Source: Gammaproteobacteria bacterium
GTDB lineage: Bacteria > Pseudomonadota > Gammaproteobacteria > Ga0077536
Length of the DNA stretch: 64,000 nucleotides
Reading direction: 5' to 3'
Assembly (NCBI GenBank): GCA_009692365.1
Contig: SHZJ01000017.1
Coordinates: 6,771 to 70,770, forward strand
The first letter of the stretch is position 1. Every line of letters starts with the position of its first letter. The notes under the pieces are model-generated. The model had not been told where the DNA came from. It saw only the letters and a program-made list of their open reading frames with translations, and made no database searches. This document shows positions 8,086-17,655 of the stretch, piece after piece. Both the position numbers and the translations under genes were made by a program.

Positions 8086-10863
8086 TTGCAGCCCGATCAG
8101 CCGGCCGGCGTCGAGTACTGGCATCAGAATCTCGTCCAAGATTGGCGCACGGCGGTTGCCCTGCAGGCCTCCAACGACAGCCGCCCCTCCATGTTGGGGC
8201 AGGGCGCGGCCGTGCTGCTGCTGGTCAGCGCGCTGTGGCGGACGGCACCCACGCTATTGCTGTTGGCCTGGGCATCGCTCGTGCTGGTGCAGTCGGCGTG
8301 GTTATGGCGGCATAGAAAGAAATGGGTCGCGACGGCGGCGACTGAGGAAGTTTTCCGCATCAATTACGGCCTCTATACGCTGCTGTTTCTTGCCAACGGC
8401 CTGCTCTGGGCCCTCGCGGCAGGCTTTGTGGTGTTTACCGACCAGATTCAATTACAAGAACTCTTGCTGATCGTCAGCGTGATCGTCACGGCCGGCGTTG
8501 CCACCACGCCGTCGGTGACAACGCGGATCAAATCAGTGTTTTTGGTGCTCGCGCTGGCCCCGATGTCGCTGTTTTTTTTACTGCAATTCACAACTTTAGG
8601 CAGCTTGCTGGCCGCGGCGATGCTCAGCCATCTGGCCTATTGCGCAAATTCCGGGCGCTTGGCTAACCAAGAGAACGACGAATCGCTGGCACAGCGTTTC
8701 GCTAACGCCCAGCTGGTGGCAGAAATATCTGCCTCTAAACAAAAGACCGAGCAGCTCAACATCCGGCTCAATGAGCAGGTGGCGGTCCAGCATACCGTCG
8801 AAGTCAACCTGCTGGCGGCGAAAGAACAAGCCGAGCTCGCCGCGCGCTCCAAGGCCGAATTCCTCGCCAATATGAGCCACGAGATTCGCACCCCAATGAA
8901 CGGGGTCTTGGGGATGACCGCACTGTTACTGGGCACCGAAATGAACCGCAAGCAGCGCCATTTCGCCCGCACCATCCACCGCTCGGGCGAAGCCCTGCTG
9001 AGCACCATCAACGACATCTTGGATTTTTCAAAAATCGAAGCGGGCAAACTCCAACTGCAGTCCATCGTGTTCGATTTACGCCACCTGATAGAAGATGTGG
9101 GCGTCATGTTTGCCGAGCGCGCCCAGCGTGCGCATCTGGAATTGCAATGTGTCTTTCCACCGGACGGGCACAGCGTTTATCTCGGCGATCCTGACCGTCT
9201 GCGCCAGATATTGATCAACCTTGTGGGTAACGCACTGAAGTTCACCACCCGCGGTGAAGTCGTCGTGCGCGTCCAATTTCAAGCGCCAGTGGCCGGGATC
9301 AGCGTCGTCCATTTCGAGGTCCGCGATACCGGGATTGGGATTAAGCTCGAGCAGCAAGAACGCATCTTCAACTCCTTCGCACAAGCTGATAACTCCACGA
9401 CCCGCGAGTTCGGTGGCACCGGGCTAGGCTTGGCTATCTGTAAGAAACTCATCGCTTTGATGGGTGGCACGATCGGTGTGCGCAGCGAGCTAGGGCGCGG
9501 CAGCACCTTCTGGTTTACCTATGCGCTGCAGCTGGCGGAACCGGACAAACTCGACCGTCGGCGTCCTGCTCGTCTGCTGCTGCCGGAGCGGCGGATCTTG
9601 GTGGCCGATGAGCAACCCGTCAGCCGCAACTCGATGGTCGCACAACTGGAAGTCTGGAAAGCAAAGGTGGTGGGGGTTACCTCGGGGGCGGCGGCGCTGG
9701 CGCACCTGGAACTCGCGGCCAAGGCGGGCGAGCCGGTGGAGTTGCTAATTTTCGATCGAAAAATAGCGCAAAACGCCTTGGAATTCGCGAGCTCCCTGCG
9801 GCGTAACCCGCGCATTCCGCGCCTGAGCACCATCGTGCTGGGGACGTTCGACGACCTCGCCGAAACCGGCCAATGGTTTGACGCCGGGATTTCCAGCTAC
9901 CTGTCAAAACCGGTGCGTCAATCCGAACTCTACGACGCCATCGCCGATGCACTGGATCTCACTCGTCCGCTCACCGAGACCATCCAAGAACTCGCGCTAC
10001 AGGGTAAGCACGCAGCACTCCCGCGTTTCAGTGCCAGGGTGTTGGCGGCCGAAGATAATCCGGTCAATCAGGAGTTGGTGCGCCTGTTGTTAGAGAATCT
10101 AGGCTGCCGCGTGACCTTGGTCGGCAATGGTCAGGAGGCCGTATCGGCGGTGACCGATTTGCCGTTGGATGCCTTGCTCGACCCTTATGACCTCGTGCTG
10201 ATGGACTGCCAAATGCCACTAATGGACGGCTTTACGGCGACGGGGGCGATACGCGAGTATGAAGTGCGAGAAAACCTCTTCAAGCGGCTGCCGATTATTG
10301 CGCTCACCGCCAATGCGCTAGAGGGCGACCGCGAGCGCTGTTTGGCGGCGCAAATGGACGACTATCTTGCGAAACCTTTCACCCAGCGACAGTTAGCCGT
10401 CACCTTAGAGCGCTGGCTGCCTCTGGCCCCGCACGTCGATGCCACGGGCGCTTTTGATCGGGAGCCGTTCTCGCCCGCCAGCCAGCGCGCGCGAAGCCCA
10501 AAGTCCCCCCTCAATGAGGTGGCGCTGGAAAGAATTTCGGCCCTACAGCGGCCCGGCGCGCCCTCCGTACTGAACCGGGTAATCGAGCTTTACCTAGAGA
10601 CGGCGCCGCCCTTGCTAACCCAAATTCGCAACGCGATAGAGTCTTGGAACGCAGGCCAACTGGAGGCGAGCGCGCATAGCTTGCGTTCCAGCAGCGCCAA
10701 TCTGGGTGCAAATACGCTGGTGGAAATTTGTCGTGAGCTAGAAATCTTGGGCCGCGACCGTAAGGTCGAAAATGCGGAGTCAAAAATGCCAGCCCTGAAT
10801 GACGCCTTTGCGCTCGTGCAGGCCGCACTCAAAAAGCGCCGCAACGAGGGTGACTTGGCGTAA
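8086..10863 (+). CDS. Hybrid sensor histidine kinase: polytopic membrane sensor, HisKA, HATPase_c, two REC domains and a C-terminal Hpt domain
   Basis: H-box MSHEIRTPMNGVLGM; G-boxes (DTGIGI, GGTGLGLAI); REC1 (RILVADEQPV); REC2 (RVLAAEDNPVNQ ... DLVLMDCQMPLMDGF ... KP); Hpt (SAHSLRSSSANLGA). It lies 32 bp after the GGDEF-EAL regulator, so the two are probably co-transcribed. Confidence 0.85.
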   Translation: MQPDQPAGVEYWHQNLVQDWRTAVALQASNDSRPSMLGQGAAVLLLVSALWRTAPTLLLLAWASLVLVQSAWLWRHRKKWVATAATEEVFRINYGLYTLLFLANGLLWALAAGFVVFTDQIQLQELLLIVSVIVTAGVATTPSVTTRIKSVFLVLALAPMSLFFLLQFTTLGSLLAAAMLSHLAYCANSGRLANQENDESLAQRFANAQLVAEISASKQKTEQLNIRLNEQVAVQHTVEVNLLAAKEQAELAARSKAEFLANMSHEIRTPMNGVLGMTALLLGTEMNRKQRHFARTIHRSGEALLSTINDILDFSKIEAGKLQLQSIVFDLRHLIEDVGVMFAERAQRAHLELQCVFPPDGHSVYLGDPDRLRQILINLVGNALKFTTRGEVVVRVQFQAPVAGISVVHFEVRDTGIGIKLEQQERIFNSFAQADNSTTREFGGTGLGLAICKKLIALMGGTIGVRSELGRGSTFWFTYALQLAEPDKLDRRRPARLLLPERRILVADEQPVSRNSMVAQLEVWKAKVVGVTSGAAALAHLELAAKAGEPVELLIFDRKIAQNALEFASSLRRNPRIPRLSTIVLGTFDDLAETGQWFDAGISSYLSKPVRQSELYDAIADALDLTRPLTETIQELALQGKHAALPRFSARVLAAEDNPVNQELVRLLLENLGCRVTLVGNGQEAVSAVTDLPLDALLDPYDLVLMDCQMPLMDGFTATGAIREYEVRENLFKRLPIIALTANALEGDRERCLAAQMDDYLAKPFTQRQLAVTLERWLPLAPHVDATGAFDREPFSPASQRARSPKSPLNEVALERISALQRPGAPSVLNRVIELYLETAPPLLTQIRNAIESWNAGQLEASAHSLRSSSANLGANTLVEICRELEILGRDRKVENAESKMPALNDAFALVQAALKKRRNEGDLA

Positions 10864-11003
10864 GCCGCCCCCTCGGCTCCGCCACACGGGCAAGCGCCCG
10901 CGACGGGCCAAGGTTTGGCGGCTGACGCCTCTCAAGCCGGGCGGGGCGCCCCGCCAACAGCGGTGGGGATGCGGGTCACCCCTCAAAGGCGGTGGGGCGC
11001 CGC

Positions 11004-11453
11004 TCAGCGGCGAATGAACTCCGCCACGAGCCCGCACTGGCCGAGCGCGAGCAAATCCTCAGCGCTAGGCAACTGCGGGCGGTCACGCTCAGCGTTGACC
11101 ATGCACAAAAATCCTAGCGGGCCGTCGGCGTCGGCCCGAAACTGATGCCAGATCAAGCTCGGAATGTGGACTAAATCGTGGGCGCCAACGGCAAAAACTC
11201 GTTCGCCCACCAAACACTGTCCGTGTCCCCGAATGATCATCACCGCATGCAGGTGCGCGTGGCGCTCGAGGGTCGTGTGGCCGGCCGGGGCGACTTCGAA
11301 ATAACGCAGCTGACAGCCCAGCGCGGCGTCGTCAAATAAGACCTGTCGGGTGACGTCCCTGAAAGGCGCCGCGCCCGCCTGTTTGTAGGCCAGCACGGGG
11401 ACTTCCTCCCAGGTGAAATCGCCCTGGTGACCGCGATGTGTGGTGATACTCAT
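11004..11453 (-). CDS. Cupin-fold protein (RmlC-like cupin)
   Basis: 149 aa with two His-containing cupin motifs (HTTLERHAHLHAVMI ... HDLVHIP). Its ATG overlaps the TGA of the upstream RuBisCO-like gene (ATGA). Confidence 0.7.
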   Translation of the reverse strand: MSITTHRGHQGDFTWEEVPVLAYKQAGAAPFRDVTRQVLFDDAALGCQLRYFEVAPAGHTTLERHAHLHAVMIIRGHGQCLVGERVFAVGAHDLVHIPSLIWHQFRADADGPLGFLCMVNAERDRPQLPSAEDLLALGQCGLVAEFIRR

Positions 11454-12559
11454 GAAAGACTTCCTAAGGCTAAATGGTCCGCCACCGCCGCGACGAATGC
11501 ACGGCTGCGCGCGGGTAGAGTTGCGCCGGCCGCCAGCAGCGCGCCGCCGATCAGCAAGATCGTATCGGGCCCATAAACGGCGATCATCTCCGCGACCCGG
11601 TCAATGTTCATGCCGCCCGCCGGGACGGGCGCAATCGCCGGCAACTGACCCCACGGCGCGCGCGCGTTCGCCGCCACCGCCTCGCAGGTCGCGCGGCTGT
11701 AAGCGAAGCGGCCACCATAGTTAGGGAAAATGGTGGCGTCCGCTCCAAACAGACGAAACAGCTTGCCGAGCAACAGGGGGGGTGCGATGCGCGCAGCTCC
11801 GGCCAGGGCCGGGTGCACGAGAATGGGACAATCTAGGTCTTGGGCGAGTTCGGCGAGCACCGGGATCCCTACCACCAGCGGGCAGAGCAACACCATCCCT
11901 ACGCCTTCTTCACGCACGATTTTGCGCTGTTCCGCGAACTGGCGCGGCCCACCGGACAGCGAGGGCGCGTAGATGCTGTGGCCGCCGGTCGCGGCATTGG
12001 CGCCGCGCACGGCCGCTTGGCAGGCCTGCACGCGAGCCGCGAAAGGCGCGTAGCTTTGGTTAGCAATGCCGTGGTCGTCTTTGATGATATCGATGCCCGC
12101 CAGCGCGAAGCTCTCCGCCAGCCCCGCCAGTGCGCCGGCGGCAAGTCCCTGAGGTTTGAGGGCCGTCATCGTCAGCGGCCGCGTAGGCGCCTGCACCCGT
12201 TGGCGGATCCCCGCCAAACCGAAACGCGGCCCCGGGAAATGCCCCAGATAGGCCTCCGGGAAACTCACATCGATGAGCGACACATCCTCCTGAAGCGAGC
12301 AGTTGCCAAACAGCATGTTCATCAACTGCCCTGCCTCACCACCCGTCGTGGCGGTTGCAATGCCCAGCTGCACGGCAAACAGGCGGGGCGCGAGCTGCGC
12401 GATGCCCTCAACGCTCGCCACCACTTCGGCGCGCACCTTGGCGTCCGTGACGGCGCTCAGCGGCATTTCGATACTCTGCTCGCAGGCCAGCGCTTGGGCG
12501 CGGGCTTCGATGTCATCACTGTCGGCTTGCAGATGATAGAGGGCGAGAATTCTTTCCAT
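11450..12559 (-). CDS. RuBisCO-like protein (form IV RuBisCO large-subunit homolog; probable sugar-phosphate isomerase/enolase, not a carboxylase)
   Basis: GPRFGLAGIR ... RPL..TALKP ... DIIKDDH aligns to the RuBisCO large subunit GP.xG...RPL...KPK.GL and KDDE (carbamylated-Lys) block. At 369 aa the N-domain is short. Confidence 0.8.
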   Translation of the reverse strand: MERILALYHLQADSDDIEARAQALACEQSIEMPLSAVTDAKVRAEVVASVEGIAQLAPRLFAVQLGIATATTGGEAGQLMNMLFGNCSLQEDVSLIDVSFPEAYLGHFPGPRFGLAGIRQRVQAPTRPLTMTALKPQGLAAGALAGLAESFALAGIDIIKDDHGIANQSYAPFAARVQACQAAVRGANAATGGHSIYAPSLSGGPRQFAEQRKIVREEGVGMVLLCPLVVGIPVLAELAQDLDCPILVHPALAGAARIAPPLLLGKLFRLFGADATIFPNYGGRFAYSRATCEAVAANARAPWGQLPAIAPVPAGGMNIDRVAEMIAVYGPDTILLIGGALLAAGATLPARSRAFVAAVADHLALGSLS

Positions 12560-12679
12560 GCCGCCATTCTAACCGTGAGTGTGGTTCATCGGCGATTAAG
12601 CCCGCTCCGCGCAGAGTGTCTCTCACGCACCCAGATGCCCGATCGGCGGGCCGACTGAGGTGTCTTAAGGAGCGATATC

Positions 12680-13192
12680 ATGCAGTCAGTTGTAAAGAGT
12701 TTTGGCCTGCAGAAAATGCCTGGTTTGAGGCTGCTGGCGCTAGGTCTGACCTTGGGTACGGCGGGGGTCGCGCAGGCCGACTATTACGGGGGCGGGCAGG
12801 GTTACCACCGCTATCACCAAGGTCGTCACTGCGAGCAGCGCTACTACCCCGGTAATCGACAGGTCGCACCGCCGTGGGGGTACCAGCAGCACTACGCCCA
12901 GCCGCCCCAAGTCGTGATTTACACCGCGCCCAGAACGGTCTACCAGTCGAGCCCGGGCTATGGCGGGGGCTACAGCTCGCCCCCGGGCTACGGCGGCGGC
13001 TATAACGCAGGCCCGAGCTACGGCGGCGGCGCTCAATACGGACGACCCAACCGGCTGCTGAACAGCGCGGTGATGGGTGCAGCGGGCGGCTTTCTAGGCT
13101 CGCAAATAGGCCGCGGCGAGGGTCGCGCGGCGGCCACTGCGGCGGGGGCTGTGGCGGGCTGGGTCATTGGGGGAAATCTGGGCGGCCAGTAA
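12680..13192 (+). CDS. Secreted glycine-zipper / GYGGG-repeat protein (outer-membrane lipoprotein-like, Rick_17kDa_Anti / Gly-zipper_2TM-like C-terminus)
   Basis: Signal-peptide-like N-terminus (LRLLALGLTLGTAGVAQA), repeated SPGYGGGY units and a C-terminal glycine-zipper (AVMGAAGGFLGSQIG ... AAGAVAGWVIGG). The start may instead be the internal Met at ~12716. Confidence 0.55.
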   Translation: MQSVVKSFGLQKMPGLRLLALGLTLGTAGVAQADYYGGGQGYHRYHQGRHCEQRYYPGNRQVAPPWGYQQHYAQPPQVVIYTAPRTVYQSSPGYGGGYSSPPGYGGGYNAGPSYGGGAQYGRPNRLLNSAVMGAAGGFLGSQIGRGEGRAAATAAGAVAGWVIGGNLGGQ

Positions 13193-14042
13193 GACCCACG
13201 GCGGCGGCGCGATGCCAGCGCGCTCAACGGCACGGCCGGGCGCGCTGGTTACCCCGCAACAAATACCAGCGGTGCGCCGACACCGCGCAGGCCGCCCACG
13301 TGGCCGGTCTAGCCCCACGAAATGTCGCGGCTTCAACCCCCTGCCTTGGCCTGATCTGCCCGCTGATTGCGCGCAGTATGATCGCGACGGCTGGGTGGCC
13401 GCCGACGCCCGGCCGTGCACTCCCAGCGCCGTTCACCGGACCTATAACGACTCGCTCAAGCGGCTGGAGTTCGCGCCCGAGCCGGGCCATCCCGGCCTCG
13501 GGGTCAACGAGCACCACCAGAACACCGACGGCCTGATACCCTCGCCGCCGTTACGGGCGGCCGCCCTCACCGGCCGAACTCGGAACACGACTAGCGTGTG
13601 ATTGGGCCAACCGCGCGCACTCTACGCCCGCCAACGCGGGTGGCAGCGGCAATGGCATGGTCGCCGACCGGTCCGGTGGGCGGTTAAACGCCCGCCGTCC
13701 CCGTCGGCCGCACGACGGATAACAGCGACCTGTGGGGGGGGTCCAGCCCACCACGCGGCGCGAAAAATAGCGGGCGGCCCACGACTGCGGGCGCCGTGCG
13801 TGGCCGGATGTTTTGGCCTGACGCGGACAACCGACCACGCGGCGTGGGGCGAATCGCGCACCGGCTGACTTGGCGCGCGCGGCACGCGGCCACACGGGCG
13901 CCCCGCCAACGCCTAGCGCCAGACCCAGCCGACGCCCAGCACGCGGGGTTACGCGGCGGCACCATAGCGGCCAGCGCCGCGCCAGACGACTTCGCGCCAC
14001 CTCTCCCACGCCGATGCCTGCGAACCGCCCCGCCCGCCCCTC

Positions 14043-14891
14043 TCAGCAGCCCACAGCGAGCCCCACACCCGGCGGCTGGGCACCGCGGCACAAGGTGTAG
14101 CGCTCGGCGTAGGCCAGCCAAGGTTGGCGGGCGCGCAGGCTGGCCGTGAGGCGCGCCGCATCCAGCACGCGCAGTCCACCCACGCTGGCCACGCCGCGCG
14201 CAAACAGCGGGTCCGGGAAAAAACTCGCGCTCGGCCCGATCAGCGACACCGAGCGTGCGCTGCTGCAGTAGGCCAACATGTCGTCTAGGCTATCGTTGAG
14301 GCACAGGGTGGCGGTGGCGATGATGCGGGTGCACTCACGCAGGGCGGCAGGATCGAGCGTGATCTTCAAACCCGGCTCCTCACGCACCCAGTGCGCCTTG
14401 CGCTCCACCACCACCACCTCTAAACCCTCGGTGCGTGCACGGTTCACCAAAGAGGGGAAATTCCCGATGAAGCCCACGCGATCAGTGGGTACCAACGGCT
14501 CGCCGCCCCAAGGGTCCCGCGCCGCCGGGGGCGTAAATCCGGCGCTGCGCCAACACGCGGCAGTGATGGCATTGATCGCCGCGAGACCGATCGAGCGCTC
14601 GCCCTCGTCTTCGCTCGCGTAGCGGCGCGCCAGTTCGATCGCCGTGAGGCCACACAGTGCCGCCGGCGGAAAGCGCTCGGCCAAGCCACACTGAGCGTCG
14701 CCGAGCCACGCGTAATACAGCCCGGTACTCCCGTCTGCCAGCGTTACCGCACCGAATTCTGGCTCGCCCTGCGCTGCGCGCCGGGGCTCGGGCACAAAGA
14801 CACCACTCACCGGAGGCAGCGCGCAGTGGCGGGCGGCACGCTCGGTTAGGGCGAGTAATTCACCGCGAAATTTGACACCCGACATGGCCAA
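14043..14891 (-). CDS. DUF4213/DUF364 (putative heavy-metal chelation, Rossmann-like) domain protein
   Basis: 282 aa. Protein-like composition matching the DUF364 family of small Rossmann-like proteins. Family assignment is from memory and would need an HMM check. Confidence 0.5.
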   Translation of the reverse strand: MAMSGVKFRGELLALTERAARHCALPPVSGVFVPEPRRAAQGEPEFGAVTLADGSTGLYYAWLGDAQCGLAERFPPAALCGLTAIELARRYASEDEGERSIGLAAINAITAACWRSAGFTPPAARDPWGGEPLVPTDRVGFIGNFPSLVNRARTEGLEVVVVERKAHWVREEPGLKITLDPAALRECTRIIATATLCLNDSLDDMLAYCSSARSVSLIGPSASFFPDPLFARGVASVGGLRVLDAARLTASLRARQPWLAYAERYTLCRGAQPPGVGLAVGC

Positions 14892-14982
14892 TCCTCAACG
14901 CGCGGGGCGGGGACGCGCGTTTGTTATAGTGCCCTGCCCCACCCCAACGGAGAACCCCGCCGTGCGTCGATCGCCTAACGCC

Positions 14983-15998
14983 ATGTTCAACCAGAACGCG
15001 TTCAAACTTGGCCTCTGCTCGCCTAACTGCAGCGGCGGGATGGCGGTGACCACGGTGCCCGAATGCTGGCACGCCAGCTGGGCGAATAATCTACGACTCG
15101 CGCAGTTGGCGGACGCCGCAGGTATTGCATACTTGTGCCCATCGCGCGCTGGACCGGCTACGGCGGTGCGACCGATTTTCAAGGCGATTCGCTGGACACC
15201 ATCACCTGGGCAGCAGGGCTATTGGCGCACACCCAGCGCATCTCGGTGTTTGCCACTGCCCACGCGGCCTTTGTGCATCCGCTGCTGGCGACCACGCAGT
15301 TCGCTACCATCGACCATCTCTCCGGCGGCCGTTTTGGCCTGAACATCGTCTGCGGGTGGAACCAGCCGGCGTATGAAATGTTCGGCCTGACCTTGCCCCG
15401 CGACCACGCCACGCGCTATCGCGACGGACAGGAATAGTGGGACATCATCCAGCAGGTCTGGGAAAACCCGGACAGCAGCGAGTGGGACGGCGAATTTTTC
15501 AAGCTCAAAGGGGCACGCTGCAGCCCACGGCCGCTAGGCGGCGCGCGGCCCCCGGTGATGAACGCTGGCTCCTCAGCACAGGGGCGTGAGTTTGCGGCGC
15601 GGAACTGCGATTTTTTATTGACCGTGATGATCGATCCCGAACGTGGACCAGCCGATGTAGCGCACATTCAGGCGCTAGCCCAAGCGCGCTACCAACGTGA
15701 ACTGGCGGTCTTCACCACCACCTGCGCGGTCTGTCGCCCCACCCGCCGCGACGCCAAGGAATATCGCCGTCAGAACGCCGTGACCCACGCCGACGGCCCG
15801 GCGGTGGAGCGTCTCATGCAACTCCAGGGTATGCCTGTGCAGTCCTTCCCACCCGACATGATCGACGCCCTACGCGTGCAGTTTGCGGGTGGAGACGGGG
15901 TGTATCCGCTGCTGGGCGATCCGGATTTCATCGCGGAGGAAATCGCTAGAATCCACCGGGCGAGCTACGCCGGCGCGACACTGACATTCGTCGATTAG
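14983..15998 (+). pseudogene. Disrupted paralog of an LLM-class (luciferase-like) flavin-dependent oxidoreductase: a -1 frameshift near 15135 and an in-frame TAG at 15435-15437
   Basis: Three ORF pieces (14872.., 15135..15437, 15555..15998) align collinearly to the intact 369-aa paralog at 36051..37160, for example DHISGGRFGLNVVSGWN vs DHLSGGRFGLNIVCGWN. The frame changes between GIAYL and VPIARW. W (TGG) is replaced by TAG at the position matching ...TDEWMTL of the intact copy. Confidence 0.7.
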
Positions 15999-16225
15999 GC
16001 GGCGGAGCTGCCCTATTTTTTCGCCGAGGTCCGGCCCCGATCGGTCGCGCGCGGCCTACGCACCGCTTAAGCGGCGCGTCTAGCGTTAGCGCGTTGTGCG
16101 AGGGCTAGCCCAGCGCCCGGTTTGCCGTGGGTCGTCACGCTGTGCGCGTTCGTCGTGCCGCTTGGCGGCCGACTTAAAAGGCTTGGGGCAGCTTTCGCTG
16201 CAGTCAGGGCCTAAAATCAGGGCAT

Positions 16226-16254
16226 AAAAAAAGGCCGGGTTTCCCCGGCCTTTT
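16226..16254. terminator. Rho-independent terminator hairpin flanked by A- and T-tracts (bidirectional; strong for the minus-strand DUF1329 gene)
   Basis: aaaaaaa-GGCCGGG-ttt-CCCCGGCC-tttt lies 20 bp downstream of the DUF1329 stop, between converging genes. Confidence 0.65.
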
Positions 16255-16275
16255 CAAGGCACAAAGCTTTGCGGC

Positions 16276-17655
16276 TTAGGTGCCCAGACGCTGCATGGCC
16301 TGTACGGTCATGTACTTGTTGATGACGTCGTCGTGCATATTCCACTGCGACTTCCAACCGCCCTGACAGGTCTCGGCTTGGTGGAACCGCGTAATACGCC
16401 GCGACTGGACGTCATCGCTGATAACCCAACTCCAGCTCCAGCAGATGTCCTTGCCCGCCATCATGACTTTGTCGCCCTTCTTGTACTGGGTGAAGCCAGG
16501 CTCGAAGGATTTCCATATTTCGCCGCGGCGGTCATAGGTGATCATCTGTGGGAAGGTCTGCATGCGCGCGTCAATGTAGATGCGCTTCTTGCTCACGGGT
16601 GCGCGCGGGTAACCGGTTGGTTCCGCCTCGAGCACGATCACTTCCGGGATGAGCGACTTGCCGACATACATGAAGGAGTTGTTTTTCGGACCGCCCACCA
16701 GTGGGTATTCCCAGTTCGGGGAGTCGGCCTGCCACTGGTCGCTCATGGAGCCAAGGTATGGCTGGCGACCCACAATCTTGTAGTTACCCCAGGTGAGCAT
16801 CGGATCGCCGGCCGCCCATGCGTCCGACAAAAACAGATTGATGCCCGGCACCAGCGGTTCAAAGCGCTGGTTGGTGGGGAACCGACGCACCCGCTTGAAA
16901 GCCGGAATGTAGCCGAACAAATCCGGATACTCGCGTTGGTCATACGGCCAGATGTTCACGAAGGCCGTGCCCTTGACGTCGTTCGGCGCCGTGAACCAGG
17001 TGGACTGAAACCGCAGTTTGTCTTCCTGACCCGGCAGATAAAGTACGCCGCCGTTGTCGGTCAAGCCGATGGCGTTCTGTTCGGCCCACACGAAGTCGTA
17101 CTGGTAGAGCACGGTGCCTTCGCCATCGAGCGCGAACATCGGAATCGCATACAGGGTTTGGTCGTGACGGCCCCAGCTCAAGGTGAGGTTGGCGATCGTC
17201 TCCATACCGGTTTGCGGGTTGGGGAACGGCAGGCCGCCGATCCAAGGTTTACCATCCTTGGTTCGCACGTTGCCGACTTCGTCGAATGTCGCCAGCCCTT
17301 GGTTGCGAATAGTCGCTTCCAGATACGGCGGCGGGAACATTTTGGTGGCGTCCGTAACGGTCTCTTGGATGAAGAACGTCCGGCCCTGCTGCTTTACTTC
17401 CGCATAGATCATGGGATCTACGAGGTCTTTGACATCGTCGATGTTGCTAGCGCTGATGACGTCGCCGACCTTCACTTTGCCCTTGGTGTAGAGCGAGATA
17501 TCGAGCAATTCATCCGGGTAGGCTTTGGCGATATCGCCGGTTTCCGAGAGCAGCGGCCAGAGCGAGGTGAGTACCCCCGCACCGCCAATTCCACGTGCGA
17601 CCTTGTCCATAAAGAAGCGCCGACTGTAATCGGCATCGTATTTTCTAATGTGCAT
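16276..17655 (-). CDS. DUF1329 family exported protein (probable Tat/Sec signal: RRFFMDKVARGIGGAGVL)
   Basis: Start set at MHIRKYDADYSRRFF, with AAGGCGGA 8 nt upstream. The body is W/Y-rich and matches the DUF1329 family. A strong terminator follows. Third-codon-position GC is visibly lower than in neighbouring genes. Confidence 0.65.
   Translation of the reverse strand: MHIRKYDADYSRRFFMDKVARGIGGAGVLTSLWPLLSETGDIAKAYPDELLDISLYTKGKVKVGDVISASNIDDVKDLVDPMIYAEVKQQGRTFFIQETVTDATKMFPPPYLEATIRNQGLATFDEVGNVRTKDGKPWIGGLPFPNPQTGMETIANLTLSWGRHDQTLYAIPMFALDGEGTVLYQYDFVWAEQNAIGLTDNGGVLYLPGQEDKLRFQSTWFTAPNDVKGTAFVNIWPYDQREYPDLFGYIPAFKRVRRFPTNQRFEPLVPGINLFLSDAWAAGDPMLTWGNYKIVGRQPYLGSMSDQWQADSPNWEYPLVGGPKNNSFMYVGKSLIPEVIVLEAEPTGYPRAPVSKKRIYIDARMQTFPQMITYDRRGEIWKSFEPGFTQYKKGDKVMMAGKDICWSWSWVISDDVQSRRITRFHQAETCQGGWKSQWNMHDDVINKYMTVQAMQRLGT

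Noticed and set aside
10931-10950. GC hairpin GGCGGGGCGCCCCGCC between the converging kinase and cupin genes
   Set aside because: No adjacent T-tract on either strand, so it is not a convincing intrinsic terminator.
11840-12658. 272-aa plus-strand ORF
   Set aside because: It is antisense to the RuBisCO-like gene, with Arg-rich artefact composition.
13167-13601. 144-aa plus ORF in the GC-rich gap
   Set aside because: The N-terminal half overlaps the preceding gene and is Arg/Pro-rich. Only the C-terminal ~90 codons look protein-like, with no defensible start. It is kept as a low-interest finding, not a feature.
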